Source: Lama guanicoe
Lineage: Eukaryota
Length of the DNA: 64,000 bases
Direction: 5' to 3'
NCBI GenBank assembly: GCA_013239625.1
Contig: MU056144.1
Coordinates: 368,099-432,098 of the forward strand
Made by a program: the position numbers and the translations under genes. Position 1 is the stretch's first letter. Every line of letters starts with the position of its first letter. This document shows, piece after piece, positions 1-12,822 of the stretch. Below the pieces are notes generated by a model. It had not been told where the DNA came from and searched no databases. It saw only the letters and a program-made list of their open reading frames with translations.

Positions 1-191
1 CGTTTATTTCAAGTGTACAGCCAAGTGATTCAGTTACACATATACATACATATATAAATTTTCTTTTCAGATTCTTTTCCATTATATGCTATTACAAGAA
101 ATTGAATATAGTTCCCTGTGCTATATAGTAGGTCCTTGTTGTTTACCTGTTTTATATATAGTAATGTGTGTCTGTTAATCCCCGACCCCTA
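1..191 (-). mobile_element. L1 3' UTR fragment (cetartiodactyl type), cut by window edge
   Basis: Reverse complement of the L1 tail: aatatagttccctgtgctatatagtaggtccttgttg; nearly the same segment as 63175-63401. Confidence 0.9.
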
Positions 192-639
192 AGATGTGAT
201 CTTTTTTTAAAATAGGTATTTCAGGCACTTCCTATCATAAGAATCAGTCTCAAGTTTTGAAAATAACATAGTTTTTTAGAGAATAAAAATATCTTTTAAA
301 ATTTTTTTTGAAACTTATTACTCTCTGTCTCTTAGAGTTCTGACCCTTGCCCAATTGCCTTAAAAAAAATAAGTAATTAAGGTCTGGCAAAAACATTGGG
401 AATCCAAGATAAAATCTAGCCAGATTTCCTGAGAAGGTTTTTTTGCTCTTTTATGCTCTAAAACCACTGGTAGTATCTTTGAAAAAAAAAAAAACTTTTT
501 AAAATATAAAGGTAAGCTTTTTTTTTTTAGGTTTCTTGAAATGTAATTTATCTAAAGGAAGAAAATATCTGAAATAATCTCCTCCCTTTCATTTCTTATT
601 GTCTTTCTGACCTGAAAACTAATTTTTGCTGTTACCATA

Positions 640-755
640 CAATGAAAAAGAATAATGAAAAGGAATATGTATGTGTGTATGCACGACTGAAACATGATGC
701 TGCGCACCAGAAATTGATACACCCCTGTAAACTGACTATATTTCAATAAAAAATG
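640..755 (+). mobile_element. Very short L1 3' terminal fragment
   Basis: aatgaaaaagaat...gactgaaacatgatgctgcgcaccagaaattga...gtaaactgactatatttcaataaaaaa, shared with other L1 tails in the window. Confidence 0.85.
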
Positions 756-859
756 GAAAAAATTTTTAAAAACAAAATAAACATATGCAACAAGAAGGTT
801 CATGTCTGCATATGAGAAATTGCCATTTTATAACATAAAGATATAAATCACATATTTAA

Positions 860-990
860 AAATAGTAGTAGCGACATTTATTAAATAATGATCCAGTCTA
901 CTAGGGACTTTTCTGTACTCCTTTAAAAAAATTAAAAATCTAATTTAATCTTCACAACACTATGAGTCCTATTACTGTCCATTTAAAATA
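860..990 (-). mobile_element. MIR SINE fragment
   Basis: atttaatcttcacaacactatgag...tattactgtccattt resembles the MIR core. Confidence 0.5.
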
Positions 991-3073
991 TATCAAATAA
1001 TTTCGTCAATTTATAATACATCAGCTCAGTATTAGAGAGATTAAGTACCAGAGTCTGGAACACATTACGAACAAGAGACTTTGAAAGTGAGTCCTCGAAA
1101 CCATCACAAGGAGGCTGGACACACAGGCGACGCATCCAGGATCTCGCTTATTTAGGGGGTGGCCCACTCTGACTTTGGGTTTGAAACACATCTCCTCTGC
1201 AGAGCTCAGGATAAAGCTCGGGGCTGCTTTCTGATTCAACAGTTAAAACCTCCTATTTTTGTTCAAGAAGTGTTAAATATATACGTGTCCCCTTGACTCA
1301 TCTATGAGCAAGAATAATCTTTTCTCTATTTTATGCACCTGTGAACAGGGACTAGGGAGGTTTCAGCAAACCCTCCTCAGACTGAAAGGTCTGCAAGGTA
1401 ATTTTGCAGAAGAGACTTTCTGTTTGGCCTGAGGCCAGTGCGAGTGTTCTCAAGGTTCAGGCCAGCCCAGGCGCTTCACCTCAGGGTAGGCTGAAGGCGC
1501 ACTGCATACGAAAAGCATCATTTTAATGTAAAATTTGCCTAAGCTTTTACCAACGCCACCATTTAAGTTATGTACTCCCTTGCGGTTTTAACAATGGTTC
1601 TTCTCATTGAAGGGGGATACAGAACACAAAAGAGAATATTTTACTTTTATTTTAAAGAGTCTATCTTAAATGTATAACAAAATACTCATTATAGAAAGAT
1701 CCTAAAATTACAGCACCATAACATTCCCATTTCAGGAACCATGAATCTGCTTTTTTTACCTCAGATATTTCTGCCGTTAGGCCTCAATTATTTTCACACC
1801 TGAAGGGGCAGCAAATTTTAAGAAATACTAGGGGTTTTTTTTCCCTTTCACAATATTTCGACAAACAGAATAAACTCCTTTTCCAATTAACACCCTAGTG
1901 GTTTATTGACTGTCACAGCAAAATCCGTAAATGGCTTTGCTTACAGATTCACAAGTATCATTTGAATGCTCCTTAAAATCATTCCAAATTTTACTGGCAA
2001 TCCACTACTATTTTTGAGGCTCTTTTAGCTTGTTTTAAATTCCTGTCTCTGATCCCAGGAGCTGGGACTTTCTTATTTGCATTAATATACTTTCTTCTTA
2101 AACATATAAGAGACTGATTAAATTAATGTGTAAACAGCATTGGGGCACCTGGGGCTCAAGGCAAGAACATAATTACTCTGGGGATAGAACGGTTTCAGAA
2201 TATATTCTGATTCAAAATAGGTTTATGTGCTAATGTCCTAACAAATGACTAGCCTCAGTTCTAAATCCAGAAGAACTACTTGCCTTAATATGTTCAGAGA
2301 CCAGACTAGCTATTGAAAATGACTGATTAATATTGTAAAAAACTGAAACCTTTTAGGGTCTAGATACACACGAGTATAAATCAAGATTATTTTGGAAGGA
2401 GATACTAATTAAGAATAATAATCACGTCCCAACAACAGGTAAACTACAGTGCTCCTCGGGGGGACCGCGGCACTGCCGAAGCCGGGAAAGAGTGAGAATC
2501 ACTGAATAAATATCACCTACACATGGTACTTGTTAAATTAACAAGCATAGAGATATGTGGACTTTACATACTCATTTATACCTTTATGTAGGATTAATTG
2601 TCTCCCAGCAGAAAGCAGGGCCCTGGAGGAAATGTACATATAAGAATATTTATATATGGGATGTATATAAAAGAAAATCAAGAGATTGGCAAGGCCTGGA
2701 ATGTGGGTAGCACCCACATACTTTTGGAAGACTTGGCACAACGGAAAAAGGTGTAAGTCTGAGAGGTATGGAGAATCTGTATGGGTGCCCATGTACCAAG
2801 ACTGGCATTGTTGGTTTCCTGGTGGGTATCCACATGTGTGGGTCTGGGGTGAGGTGATGTAATGCTCAAAGCACAGCACGCGTCAAAAGATTATAACATA
2901 TTCTAGGTAGATGTTGCCAATTTACAGAACAAAGGACAAACAATCCCAGTAATTTTAGGATTAGTAAAAGTGGTTAACCTGATTGTGATGTCCGAGTATT
3001 ATCACAAAATGCATGATGTGTTAAATCCCAGTTTTGAGACATGATTACATTCCTCTTAATTAGTTCCTCCTTC

Positions 3074-3242
3074 CAACAACTCTCCAGCTTTAGCCTACGT
3101 AAACCACCCTGGGGGCCAGTCACAGACTGCAGGACCGCAGCCTCAGAGGCTCTGATTTACCAGGTCTGGGGTCTAACACGTACCCAGGTAATGCTGGGTC
3201 TGTCGGTGCTGTGGTCTAGAGAGTGTGCTTTGAGAGCCACTG
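3074..3242. mobile_element. MER5A-like hAT-Charlie MITE
   Basis: cagaggctctgatttaccaggtctgggg...cccaggtaatgctg...tttgagagccactg terminus. Confidence 0.7.
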
Positions 3243-3461
3243 GTCAGGAGATCGCCAACTGATTCCTATATTATCCAGTCTAATGATAATCTTTTCCAGT
3301 CGAATGTAGGGAGTCTAATAAGGGACATTTCAGAACTAAACTATGCTAAAATTATTTCTTTTTTGTTGGGTAGAGAAATTTTGTTTTTTCTCAAAACAAC
3401 ACATTATCACACACTCAGATAAGGATTATTGTGTCCCCTGTACTTACTTCTTAACCTATTT

Positions 3462-3486
3462 TTATTATTATTATTATTATTATTAT
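3462..3486. repeat. (TTA)n microsatellite
   Basis: About 8 perfect units. Confidence 0.95.
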
Positions 3487-4829
3487 CATACTTCTGGACA
3501 AAATCCTATACCATTACCAGAAACCTCAAATCTATAATATCCAGATCTTTTTATGTATCTAATAAACATTTATGTACTAAGACTTTCTTCAAAGAGCTCA
3601 AACGTTTTAAATGTATCACGAAATTGACAGAAAAGAGACTGAAGTCTAAATTTTCAAAGGTAGCTCTCAGGGATTCATAATCGCTTTGGTGAAACATTTT
3701 GACATTGTGATGTCAGGCTAACCCATTAGGAATCCCTTTGAGGGCAACCCTTGGATCTTGTAGAAAAAATTATAAAGTCCCATTTGTGAGTAAGGGACAA
3801 AAACACCACAAACCTAAAATTATAAAATGTGAATAAATACTGCTTCCAGGTTGGGCACAAATACAGGGAATGCATTTACTTTACTAGAGAGGAGAAAAAA
3901 CAATGCGAGCTTATAGACAGTATAAAATGTGTTTGAGTATAGCACTAGATGATTTTTGATGAAGCTGTCTGACCAAGAAATGAACAGCGAACTTCATCAA
4001 CATGGTGAAACTTGAGTCACATGAAGTAAAATAAACTAAATAAGACTTTTGAGATCCAGTAATAAACCTGACTGACAGGGCCATAATCTTCAACTGTTTC
4101 TAAGCATGAACGGTATTGGGAAAAAAGTTCTACAATAGTATTTACTTATTACAACTGGATTTCTGCCTTTTTACCCCTATCCTAGAAAATTAATTTTAAT
4201 GAAAAAAAATCCCCTGATAAAAAATAATTTTGATGATTTCTGCAAAAACCAGGATGCAATCTAACCATTTAGAAGAAAGTTAAATATACATATAATGACA
4301 TATGTAATATATATTGCTGATGGAGAAAATTTTAAATCTAAAAGCACAAATGGAAAAAAATTAGAACAAAACGAGAGAATTAATATCAAGTGAAAGAAGA
4401 GGTGGAAATGGAACACATTTAAATACAACAGTAGCAATCGGTAATTGATACTAACAGCGTTAAAAAAAATTACCCAACTGGTTAGTTGGAGTGCTTGGGG
4501 GACAAATGAAAAGAACTAGTGGAAATTTCCATAGCACAAAAAGATAATCTATTATATTTGCACCAATTATTTTGAATAGTGTATTTTGTATGAGATGGCT
4601 AAGGGATAAATACATTGTCTCACAAATCTGTGTAACTGTGTACCCAACAATGTACTTTATTTTATACAAAGGAATACGCTTCACTGAAGCATGTAATCTG
4701 TACTGTCATTATTATCTCAATGAAAAACTTTACTTTCTCTTGACCAGCTTCCTTGCAGATATTTTTATTCTAGAGAAGAGAATTAAAATTGTTTATCTGC
4801 AGTTAATTCAAATGGATCTGTATTACTAA

Positions 4830-5105
4830 GTGCATTTGTTCAACACTGAATTAACATTATATTGTACTAAATCTGTCTCCTACAAAGAAGCGTAGAAGCA
4901 TGTGCCCCAGCCTTAAAGAGTTTTAAGCCATGCAAAGGGAAAGATATAGTTGTATAAATACCTTCAACAAAACTGTATGTGATACTGATGGGGGGGTGGG
5001 GCAGGAAGGAGAGAATATACTGCTGAAATGATCAAGAAATATTTTATGATGGAGATGATTGTGTTTTAGCTTAATAGGAAAAAATGGAGAACGTGACCTG
5101 TAGCT
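4830..5105 (-). mobile_element. Degraded L2 3' region
   Basis: catttgttcaaca... followed by gccccagccttaaagagtttta and a purine-rich L2-like body. Confidence 0.4.
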
Positions 5106-7059
5106 CAAAATACTAATAACGCTTAAATCTGGACAACATCTCAAGGGATTTCTATGTTCCTTAAAGATTTCTGCATTTTCTGTTTTCTTTAAATGAATGT
5201 GTCATTTTTACAATGAAGAAAATAATAAATATCATGAAAGTAGATAAGGAAACTGAAGGCAAGGTAAAATGTGAAGGAGAAATGAACAGCATCTGTGCAT
5301 TCATAAGATTTTGGAGGGAGAGAAAGCAGAGTATTAGGTTTGGATAAGAAACTTGTGACAAAATACCGAGTCAATAGGTGATTTGAGAAAAAAGGTGTTG
5401 CGTCTGGTGTCAGGCTTGCAGAGTTTGGGTAACACCAGCTACGGGCCCATCGACGCAGCTGAGAATAACCCTGAGAAGAGGAGCTGGGGTGGTGCTGGGG
5501 GCTCAAGCACAGGAGGGATCACTGAATTCATGGGATGTAATCAACATTTGATTGGGATAAATTCAGAAAAAAAGATTGAAAAATGAACCTTGGGAGATAC
5601 TTCACAGGTGATTAAAATCTGATCTACTGTCTATTTGAAATTAGCTCAAAACCTAACAGACTATCAATGTTTCTATACTGTTTTTTCTCCCTAAAGGACC
5701 ATCTGACCAACTAGTACTGATCGAATAGTAATCTTAGAAACCTTCTGGGTTGGAGAAAAATAGACCTTCATCTCTTCCCTCCTTAAAGGAAAGAACACGG
5801 ATAGCATTGTGCTCTTAATTATGAATTCTTCATAACAGTGAAATAAGAAGCTCGACCTTAGCCCGGGCACATCCTGCTTTGCTGTGTAGTTTGTGGCTGC
5901 AGAGCAGGGCAGACAGGGTTGTCAGCATGCTCTCATTTAATTTCTTCACTGCCTAACTGAGCCAGCTCCACGGAAATTATGACAGCTCCTTGACATCACG
6001 GACACTCACAGACTACTTATTTGCTCATCGACAGGAAATGAGTGTCAGCTGCTGGAAGGAAGGAACGAGGTCTCAACATATGAGACGCTTCGCCTTAAAA
6101 TGATGATAATTTCAAGCACTCAGTCTCAGGCACCTGCTGGTTTTGTTGTCTGATTCCTAAAGCAAAATAAGTGGGTTTTGTTGAATGAAAAGATTCTATT
6201 TTTGCTTGTTGAATTAAACATTTGAGTCAAAGTAACTGAACAGGTAGCCTCTAGATAATCATGCAATAAGAATAAAACAGAAAAGTAAATGCTTTCTCTA
6301 CTCATGCATGTATCTATCCAGATATAAATATAATCTTGATATATCCAGGTGTGTGTATATATATATACATGATTTGAATTTGATATTGTGAAATTTGAGT
6401 CTCTCTCGGCCCCCTATCAAAAATTATCTTTATGTCACTAACTCCTTCTAAATAGTAAAGTCTGAGGACTACTAAAATATCTACATGAAGATTTCTTGGT
6501 GTATTATGCAAAATTCCACTAAAAAATCATGTACGCAGAGTTTACCTGATTCACTTTTTATTCAGGACATCAGGGTCAAATGACCATTTTCTCATTTTTC
6601 ATGAGATGATGTAAGTTTCATGTAATTGTTTTCTATAATAATAAAGCACACATACAATATAATACAAGGTTGGGAAGGGAGAAGATTTGTCGTATGACTT
6701 ACTCAAATTATTTTAAATATCACACTCGTTCATATCTATAGGTAGAATAATACTAATTATATTAATAATAATTATGCCAAAACAGTAAATGGTTGGATGC
6801 CAACAAGGCAAAGTTTAGCAAATCTACAACTACCATCAGATCTGCCACCAAAAGTGCATATACAAACACCAGTGCTCTAAGTAAACCAGAGGTTTACACC
6901 CAAGCTGATCCAAGGGAACAGAAAGCACTGAAATGCCTACTCTACATGTTTCACTTTTCTCAAGTCAATCGACATCCTCATGATTTACGTTGAGCATTAA
7001 ACCAAATTCTATAGATTTATAGCCCTTGAAAGAAGCCAGCTTGGCACTTTAAGATTTTT

Positions 7060-7450
7060 TTCAACAGCATCCATGACAGATAATCACCTGCCCTCTGCCT
7101 GATCACCAGCAATAAGGACCGATCATATCAATTATTTCACTACGTCACTTACTCAATGACGCTGTTTCTACTGAATTAAAACACGTTACATCTACCATAC
7201 TTTGTTCTAAATTCTTTTCGAAGGTTCAAATAAAAATAGCAAAAATTATACTTAAGCATAATTATTATCATTCATCTATGATATGACATTCAAAATATTT
7301 TCAAGAGCTTAATATCTCTTAGTTCTTCGTGACTCCACACTGAACATCTATAGTTTATTTTCACCATAACTTGACCTGGGGACTCTTTACCATCTTAGAC
7401 TCATTTTTTTCTGCATAAACCATAGCTATGTTAAGGGTATTAACACAGTT
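7060..7450 (-). mobile_element. L3/CR1-like LINE remnant
   Basis: gacagataatcacctgccctctgcctga and cttagttcttcgtgactccacactgaacatctatagtt resemble recalled L3 consensus. Confidence 0.45.
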
Positions 7451-7473
7451 CGGGTCCTGGGGTCAACACCACA

Positions 7474-7580
7474 AGGTGATTAAAAATCTGGCCTTTGGGG
7501 TCAAAGAGTTCTGTTTGACCTAGAGCAAGTTACTTAAGCTGAGTCCATTTCCTCATTAGTAAAATGGAAATAAAATAAAA
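7474..7580 (+). mobile_element. MIR SINE fragment
   Basis: tgacctagagcaagttacttaagctgagtccatttcctcattagtaaaatggaaataa. Confidence 0.8.
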
Positions 7581-8024
7581 TAAGAATAAGAAAACGATAT
7601 TGCAGCCTCTCTGGAAAGAGCTGTGCCCGTATCCTGAGTTGAACTTGGCATGTAAAGTAGATTCATGTCACTCTCAACCTAGGCTTACAACAAAAAATAC
7701 AATGGTTATCTTGTATTTATCTTAATGCAGGCTAACTCTAAAATTGGCATATTTGAGAAATCAGGGCAAGAGATTTAAAAAAAAGAAAACATTAGGAAAA
7801 TTTGTTAATATCTTAATGTTAAAAAATTCAATGTTTTTGTAATTTTTAGTTTCTTAGAGAGATTAATTATGTGAATCATCAGTACAGCATCTTAAGAAGG
7901 GTTTAATATGCAGAGTGTTCTGTATGTGAAATCCTAGAATACAATTCAGATATTGCAGAATTAGTATAATTCTGATAACATTTTGTAAAAACGCTGGCTT
8001 AGTGCAATACGTGGTGATAAAGAT

Positions 8025-8145
8025 CAATGCAACATTTACTGGGTACTGCACGTCAGGGACTGGGCTAGGTTTGGGGAATGCAGAAATCAATAAGAAAATA
8101 TGTCCCGAATTTTCTTTTGGGACTCATAGTATGTAGTAAAGATAT
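8025..8145 (-). mobile_element. L2 3' end fragment
   Basis: caacatttactgggtactgcacgtcagggactgggctaggtttggggaatgcagaaatcaataag. Confidence 0.6.
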
Positions 8146-8969
8146 ACATAATACACACCTATATATGTTTTATATATATGTAATCTGTGATGGAATATAG
8201 CAATGCAACAATTGAAGTATGTAAAAAGTACATAATACATACTTGTACAAACGTGCATTCATGTGCATGTATACGTGTATCTGCGCATGTGTATATGCAA
8301 AGTGTAATATGCACAAGATACTATAAACAAATATTTTAGGGCTGGTAGCTTTCACCACGTCATCTTTTGAAATTTCGATTGCATGTGCAAAACAATGAAA
8401 AGAAAAAAAACTTGGAAATAAAAATAGTGTTTGGTGAAATCGATCAGTCATATGAATATGTTCTAATTTGGGTGCTAATGAGAATAAGAAGGCAGGGTAT
8501 TTAAACATATTTTTAAGGGGCAATACCATTTAACGTCAAAGTGTAAATCACAAACTTATAGTACGTGAGATCTAAGAACAAGAAAATTTCCAGTTTTCTG
8601 TTACTGATCGTGGCCAGGACTTCATGAGTGCCCGAGAATTAACAGGCGTTTCTTTTCACCTCAAAATTGACTACAGGGAGTGTTGTTAATGAATCGTCAA
8701 GAGTCACCTGGACATTTAAATACCTCTTTAATGGAAGTTGTGTGGGAGAAATGAACGTGGCTAGGTTGCAGGCTTACAAAGAGAAATTGCACTTAAAGAT
8801 AAATGTTAGCCCCCTTAGGTGTGTTTAAGGTCATTTTACTCCCCGTGTTTCTGAAAGCATAATGGAAATTAAAGAAAAATATACATCTATAGAAACAATC
8901 ATTTTGCACAGTCTTACAGAATGTCGTCAATAGCACAGAGTACCAGAGCAGCGAAGAGTTACTTGCTTA

Positions 8970-10150
8970 ATTAATTCATTCACAGCATTATTTAGCGTCT
9001 AGTACATTTCACACGTTATTGTAAGTTTTCGTGATTCAGCAGTAAATAAGACTTGTACCTACTTTTCCGTCTCAATCTCAATGTTTGGTGGGAAGGCTCC
9101 CACAGCAACCAATAAACTGATAAAAAGCCAGAGTGGTGAATTCTATGGAAATCACTGAAGCAATGTAAGAGGAAGAAGGATCTCCAAGTTTTAAAGAAGG
9201 GAGTCCGCATTTTTATACGTATAAGATGATCAGGGAAATGGCCTTGTTTCGGAGAATATTTGAACAGAGATTTGAAAGAAGAGAGGGAAGAAGGCAAGTC
9301 GATAGTTCTAGGCAGAAGAAAGAGCAAGTTTGAGACAGAACAAGCCTTACCGAAAGAGAGAGTCATCGACAATGAAATCAGAGAGGAACTGGGGGGCACA
9401 CGGGGAGCCAGCCAAGCCCTGTGGCTTTTATTCGGAGTGAGACACTAAACAAACGGAAGGCTTGGAGTAGAGGAGAGGCTTCAGAATGCCTGAAGGACCA
9501 TTCTAGCTAATGCGCTGGGCACAGATGATTCCAGGGGTGCAGGAGCAGAAGCAGGGAGAAAGGTCAGCAAGTTGTAACGATTTAAATGGGAGATGCCGGT
9601 TGTCTGGCCAGCGGTGGTAGTGGTGCAAGGGTGGTGGTAAGTAATCACATTCTGAATACATTTTGAATGGAGAGATGATGGGATTTGCTAATAGTTCATA
9701 TATGATACGTTAGAGAAAGGAGTCAAGGATGATTCCATTTCTTTTTTTTTAATCAAAGCTAAAAGGTTAGAGTTAACAATTACTGAGACAGGGAACTGCT
9801 AAGGAGGAACCTTTGAGGGACTGGAGAATTTCCATTTTCAGCACATTCCATCTGAGAATTTAATCACTGAAATGGAGACGACAGAGTTTGGGTTTCAAAG
9901 TGTGACATTCAGGGAAGAGTTCTGGGTAAAGACGTATGTTTTAGGCAGGTGGGTATCTAGCTCAGTGGTAGAGCCCATGCTTAGCACACACGAGATCCTG
10001 GGTTCAGTACCTGGTACCTCCGTTAAAAAAAAAAAAAAGATATATATTTTATCCTCAGAGTACAGATGTAATTTATAGCCATGAGCCTGAGCAAGATCAC
10101 CTAAAGAATGGTTTAGAGAGAGGAAAAGTCTGAGGATGGATTCTGGGAAA
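8970..10150 (-). mobile_element. L2 LINE 3' portion, interrupted by a SINE at 9944
   Basis: Begins attcattcacagcattatttagcg; body includes aggagtcaaggatgattcc and tttatagccatgagcctgagcaagatcacc. Confidence 0.85.
9944..10035 (+). mobile_element. Camelid tRNA-derived SINE (Vic-1-like, short form)
   Basis: A box tagctcagtgg, B box gggttcagtac, A tail; degenerate 16-bp TSD aaagacgtatgtttta (9928-9943) / aaagatatatatttta (10036-10051). Confidence 0.9.
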
Positions 10151-10804
10151 TGAGTCACAGTAAAAAACAGTTGTTTTTTAATTTAAATCATAAAATAGTA
10201 TCTTTCAATTATTTGTAAGTCAGAATGCTGAGTATAATTAGAGTGCAGAGAAGTCAAAGGATTAAGGGAACAGTGCATGTGCATTAGGTAAAACCACCAG
10301 GAAAGGACAAAAAGTGAGTTGTAAAATATATGCGACAAAATAATTAAGATGTATAATTGAGGCTAATGGTTCTGCTAAATGTATTCATTTTTTAATGGCA
10401 ATTATGTGCTATCATGTATTTATTTCATCTCCAAAGCTAACACTGAATTCATCTTTTTGTGGCTATGTAACCTGAGGCTTACATGCTCATGGGTATGACA
10501 GCAGACATTCCCATTATAGCAGAGGATGCTAAATAAGCCTCAAAACCTTATCCAAATCCATAATGCTACAATTATGATCTACTTCCAATGCCACGCCCTC
10601 TGTGAAGTTCCATCAAGACTGTTTTGAGAGCTCCTTAATGAAAATAAAGCACTTCTGTGCTGCGATAACATTTTTTTCCATCTCCCTCTGAAGGAAGGCA
10701 TACCTTGGTTCACGGTTAGTTTTGATGGCAGTGTGAATTCATTCAAGTCCAGCATTAATTGATGCTACTTGCCACTCTGCTTACTAGGCAGTGGGCATGA
10801 AAAT

Positions 10805-10955
10805 AATTTCCATCAGCATCTCACAAATGAGGAAACAGAGATAGAAAGAGGTTAAGCTACTTGCCCAAGGTCACACAAGTAGGTAAATGATTGAACTCAT
10901 ATTCAAATCCACACTGGCTAGTGCCTGAACCCAGATTCTAAGCCACTAGGATACA
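10805..10955 (-). mobile_element. MIR SINE
   Basis: cacaaatgaggaaacagag...gaggttaagctacttgcccaaggtcacaca...attcaaatcc. Confidence 0.9.
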
Positions 10956-12462
10956 GTGATGGATACGACTATCGTGGCTCACGCTAGCCCCCTCATCATC
11001 TATTTTTTTTCTTTCTTTCATGGTTTTTTTTTTGAGTGAATGTGGCCAAAACTTGCTTGAAAGAGCTCTTTGGGGGGTTATAACTGTAGCCACATTTATG
11101 TGACGTGATGGTTTTATAGCTCAGCCCCATCATCTCAGAGCCTCTGCATTCTTGTTAATCGTGATGCTTCTGATGGCTGGTTATTTGCTCCTCTGCCGGC
11201 TGCTGTTTCCTCTCACTATTGCACAGCCTGCTGTAGCGCCAGGCAGCGTGCCTCCACGTGTCCTTGCAGCACTTCACCCACTGCAGCCTGTCACCCAGCA
11301 TCTGGTCCCTCTCATGATCCACCCCCTTACCACGCCCTGCGGAACTGTCTAACCAAGATTCTACATGATACTGTGCGTTCTACTCACAACCACCTAAAAT
11401 CTACAGGGCTGTAGGCTGGACACATGGATCTACAGCGGAATTAATACTACTGTTATTCTATAGACTGTTCTGGGGCATGTTGCCACATTGGTACATGGAC
11501 TCAAGGAGTTGAAGACGTCAGCCTACTGCTTGATTTATCCACAAATTCCACAAATTTTAGATAACCCAATGACAACTTTCAGTGGTACAATGCCAATTAA
11601 GTGTCTTTTTCAAGGTATCAGTGATAGCATATTTGCTTTCTATAAAGACCTCACTAACTACCACTTACACCTGGACAAGGTAAAAGCATGACTATAAATC
11701 GATATCCAACAGAACAGCAAAGATCATTTATACTTCAAGAGCAGCCACTGAGCCACGTTATAGTCAAAACTGTGTCCAGAAACAGACTTTTATATGTGTG
11801 TATGAAAATAAGAAACCACTCTACTATCGACTGGCATTATAGGAAAATTAAATGTACATAGAAAGACTAGGTTTAGTAAGTAGCTATTTGGATGTATTTG
11901 ATGTGATGCAATCAGGTGGGAGTGTAGGGAATGCCTGGCAGATCCTGACTACAGGCAATTTTGTACCTTGGTGAGTAGATATCTATCTACTGTTTGCAGA
12001 AATGTTCTTATGAAAGGCTATGAGCAACTATATAAGAAACTTAAATATATAAGGTACCACCATTTTGGTCTGTGGATTAGCGGCCATCAGGGGTATGAGA
12101 ATTTACTCAAATTCTTTCTGAAAGCTTACTATTTCTCTGAAAGAATAATATTGTTCTTGATCACCATAATTCCATGTACTTACTACCTATTTTTTTTCCA
12201 GATGTGCCTTCTCTGTATAATCATACAACTTGATAACTGGTTTATTAATGTTTGGATGATTATCTCGAGAGATTATGTTGATTCTTACAACATTGTAAAA
12301 TAGCAGAGATTTGAAGCATAATACTGATGAAATCAAATATCACATAGTATGTTTCTCAATAACCAATCTACAACCACTTTTTAAAATTTATTTGTAAGGC
12401 AATTAATACTCTTGATACATTCTTGAGAGTGATTATGTAACTGAACATGCTATAATCCATTC

Positions 12463-12796
12463 TACCGGTGTGCTGGAGCCAACTCACATCAGTGGTTGAG
12501 ACCTGATAGCTACATTTTCAGGGTTCGCAAGCCAGGTGTTAAATGTACCCATCACTAAAAGTTACATTTTACTTTTATCTGCATCCTTGATGTTATTTAC
12601 ATCTATTGTATCCACAAGGTGCAGATGCTACATGATGATGTGGCACTGCCCATCTCTTCCCAGCTCCAGGGTCAGTCATGTCATGTTGATAATTGGAAAG
12701 GGGTACTTACACTATATAAATCAGCAAACACCACAGATCAGGGCTTTTAAATTTGAGGGGAGAAGCCAGTTGTAAAACATATACCAGTATACCATG
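12463..12796. mobile_element. MER63-like hAT-Blackjack element
   Basis: Terminal inverted repeats ggtgtgctgg / ccagtatacc; internal catctcttcccagctcc and aaatcagcaaacaccacagatcagggctttt. Confidence 0.8.
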
Positions 12797-12822
12797 CCTA
12801 TTATGAGTAATATATCCCCTCT

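Noticed and set aside
9944-10035. tRNA-like sequences (also at 30153, 30308 and 53091)
   Set aside because: A tails, TSDs, a shared non-tRNA tail and divergence show they are SINEs, not tRNA genes.
11152-11352. ORF with a signal-peptide-like hydrophobic N-terminus
   Set aside because: Starts at a non-ATG codon, lacks promoter or splice context, and matches no family I know.
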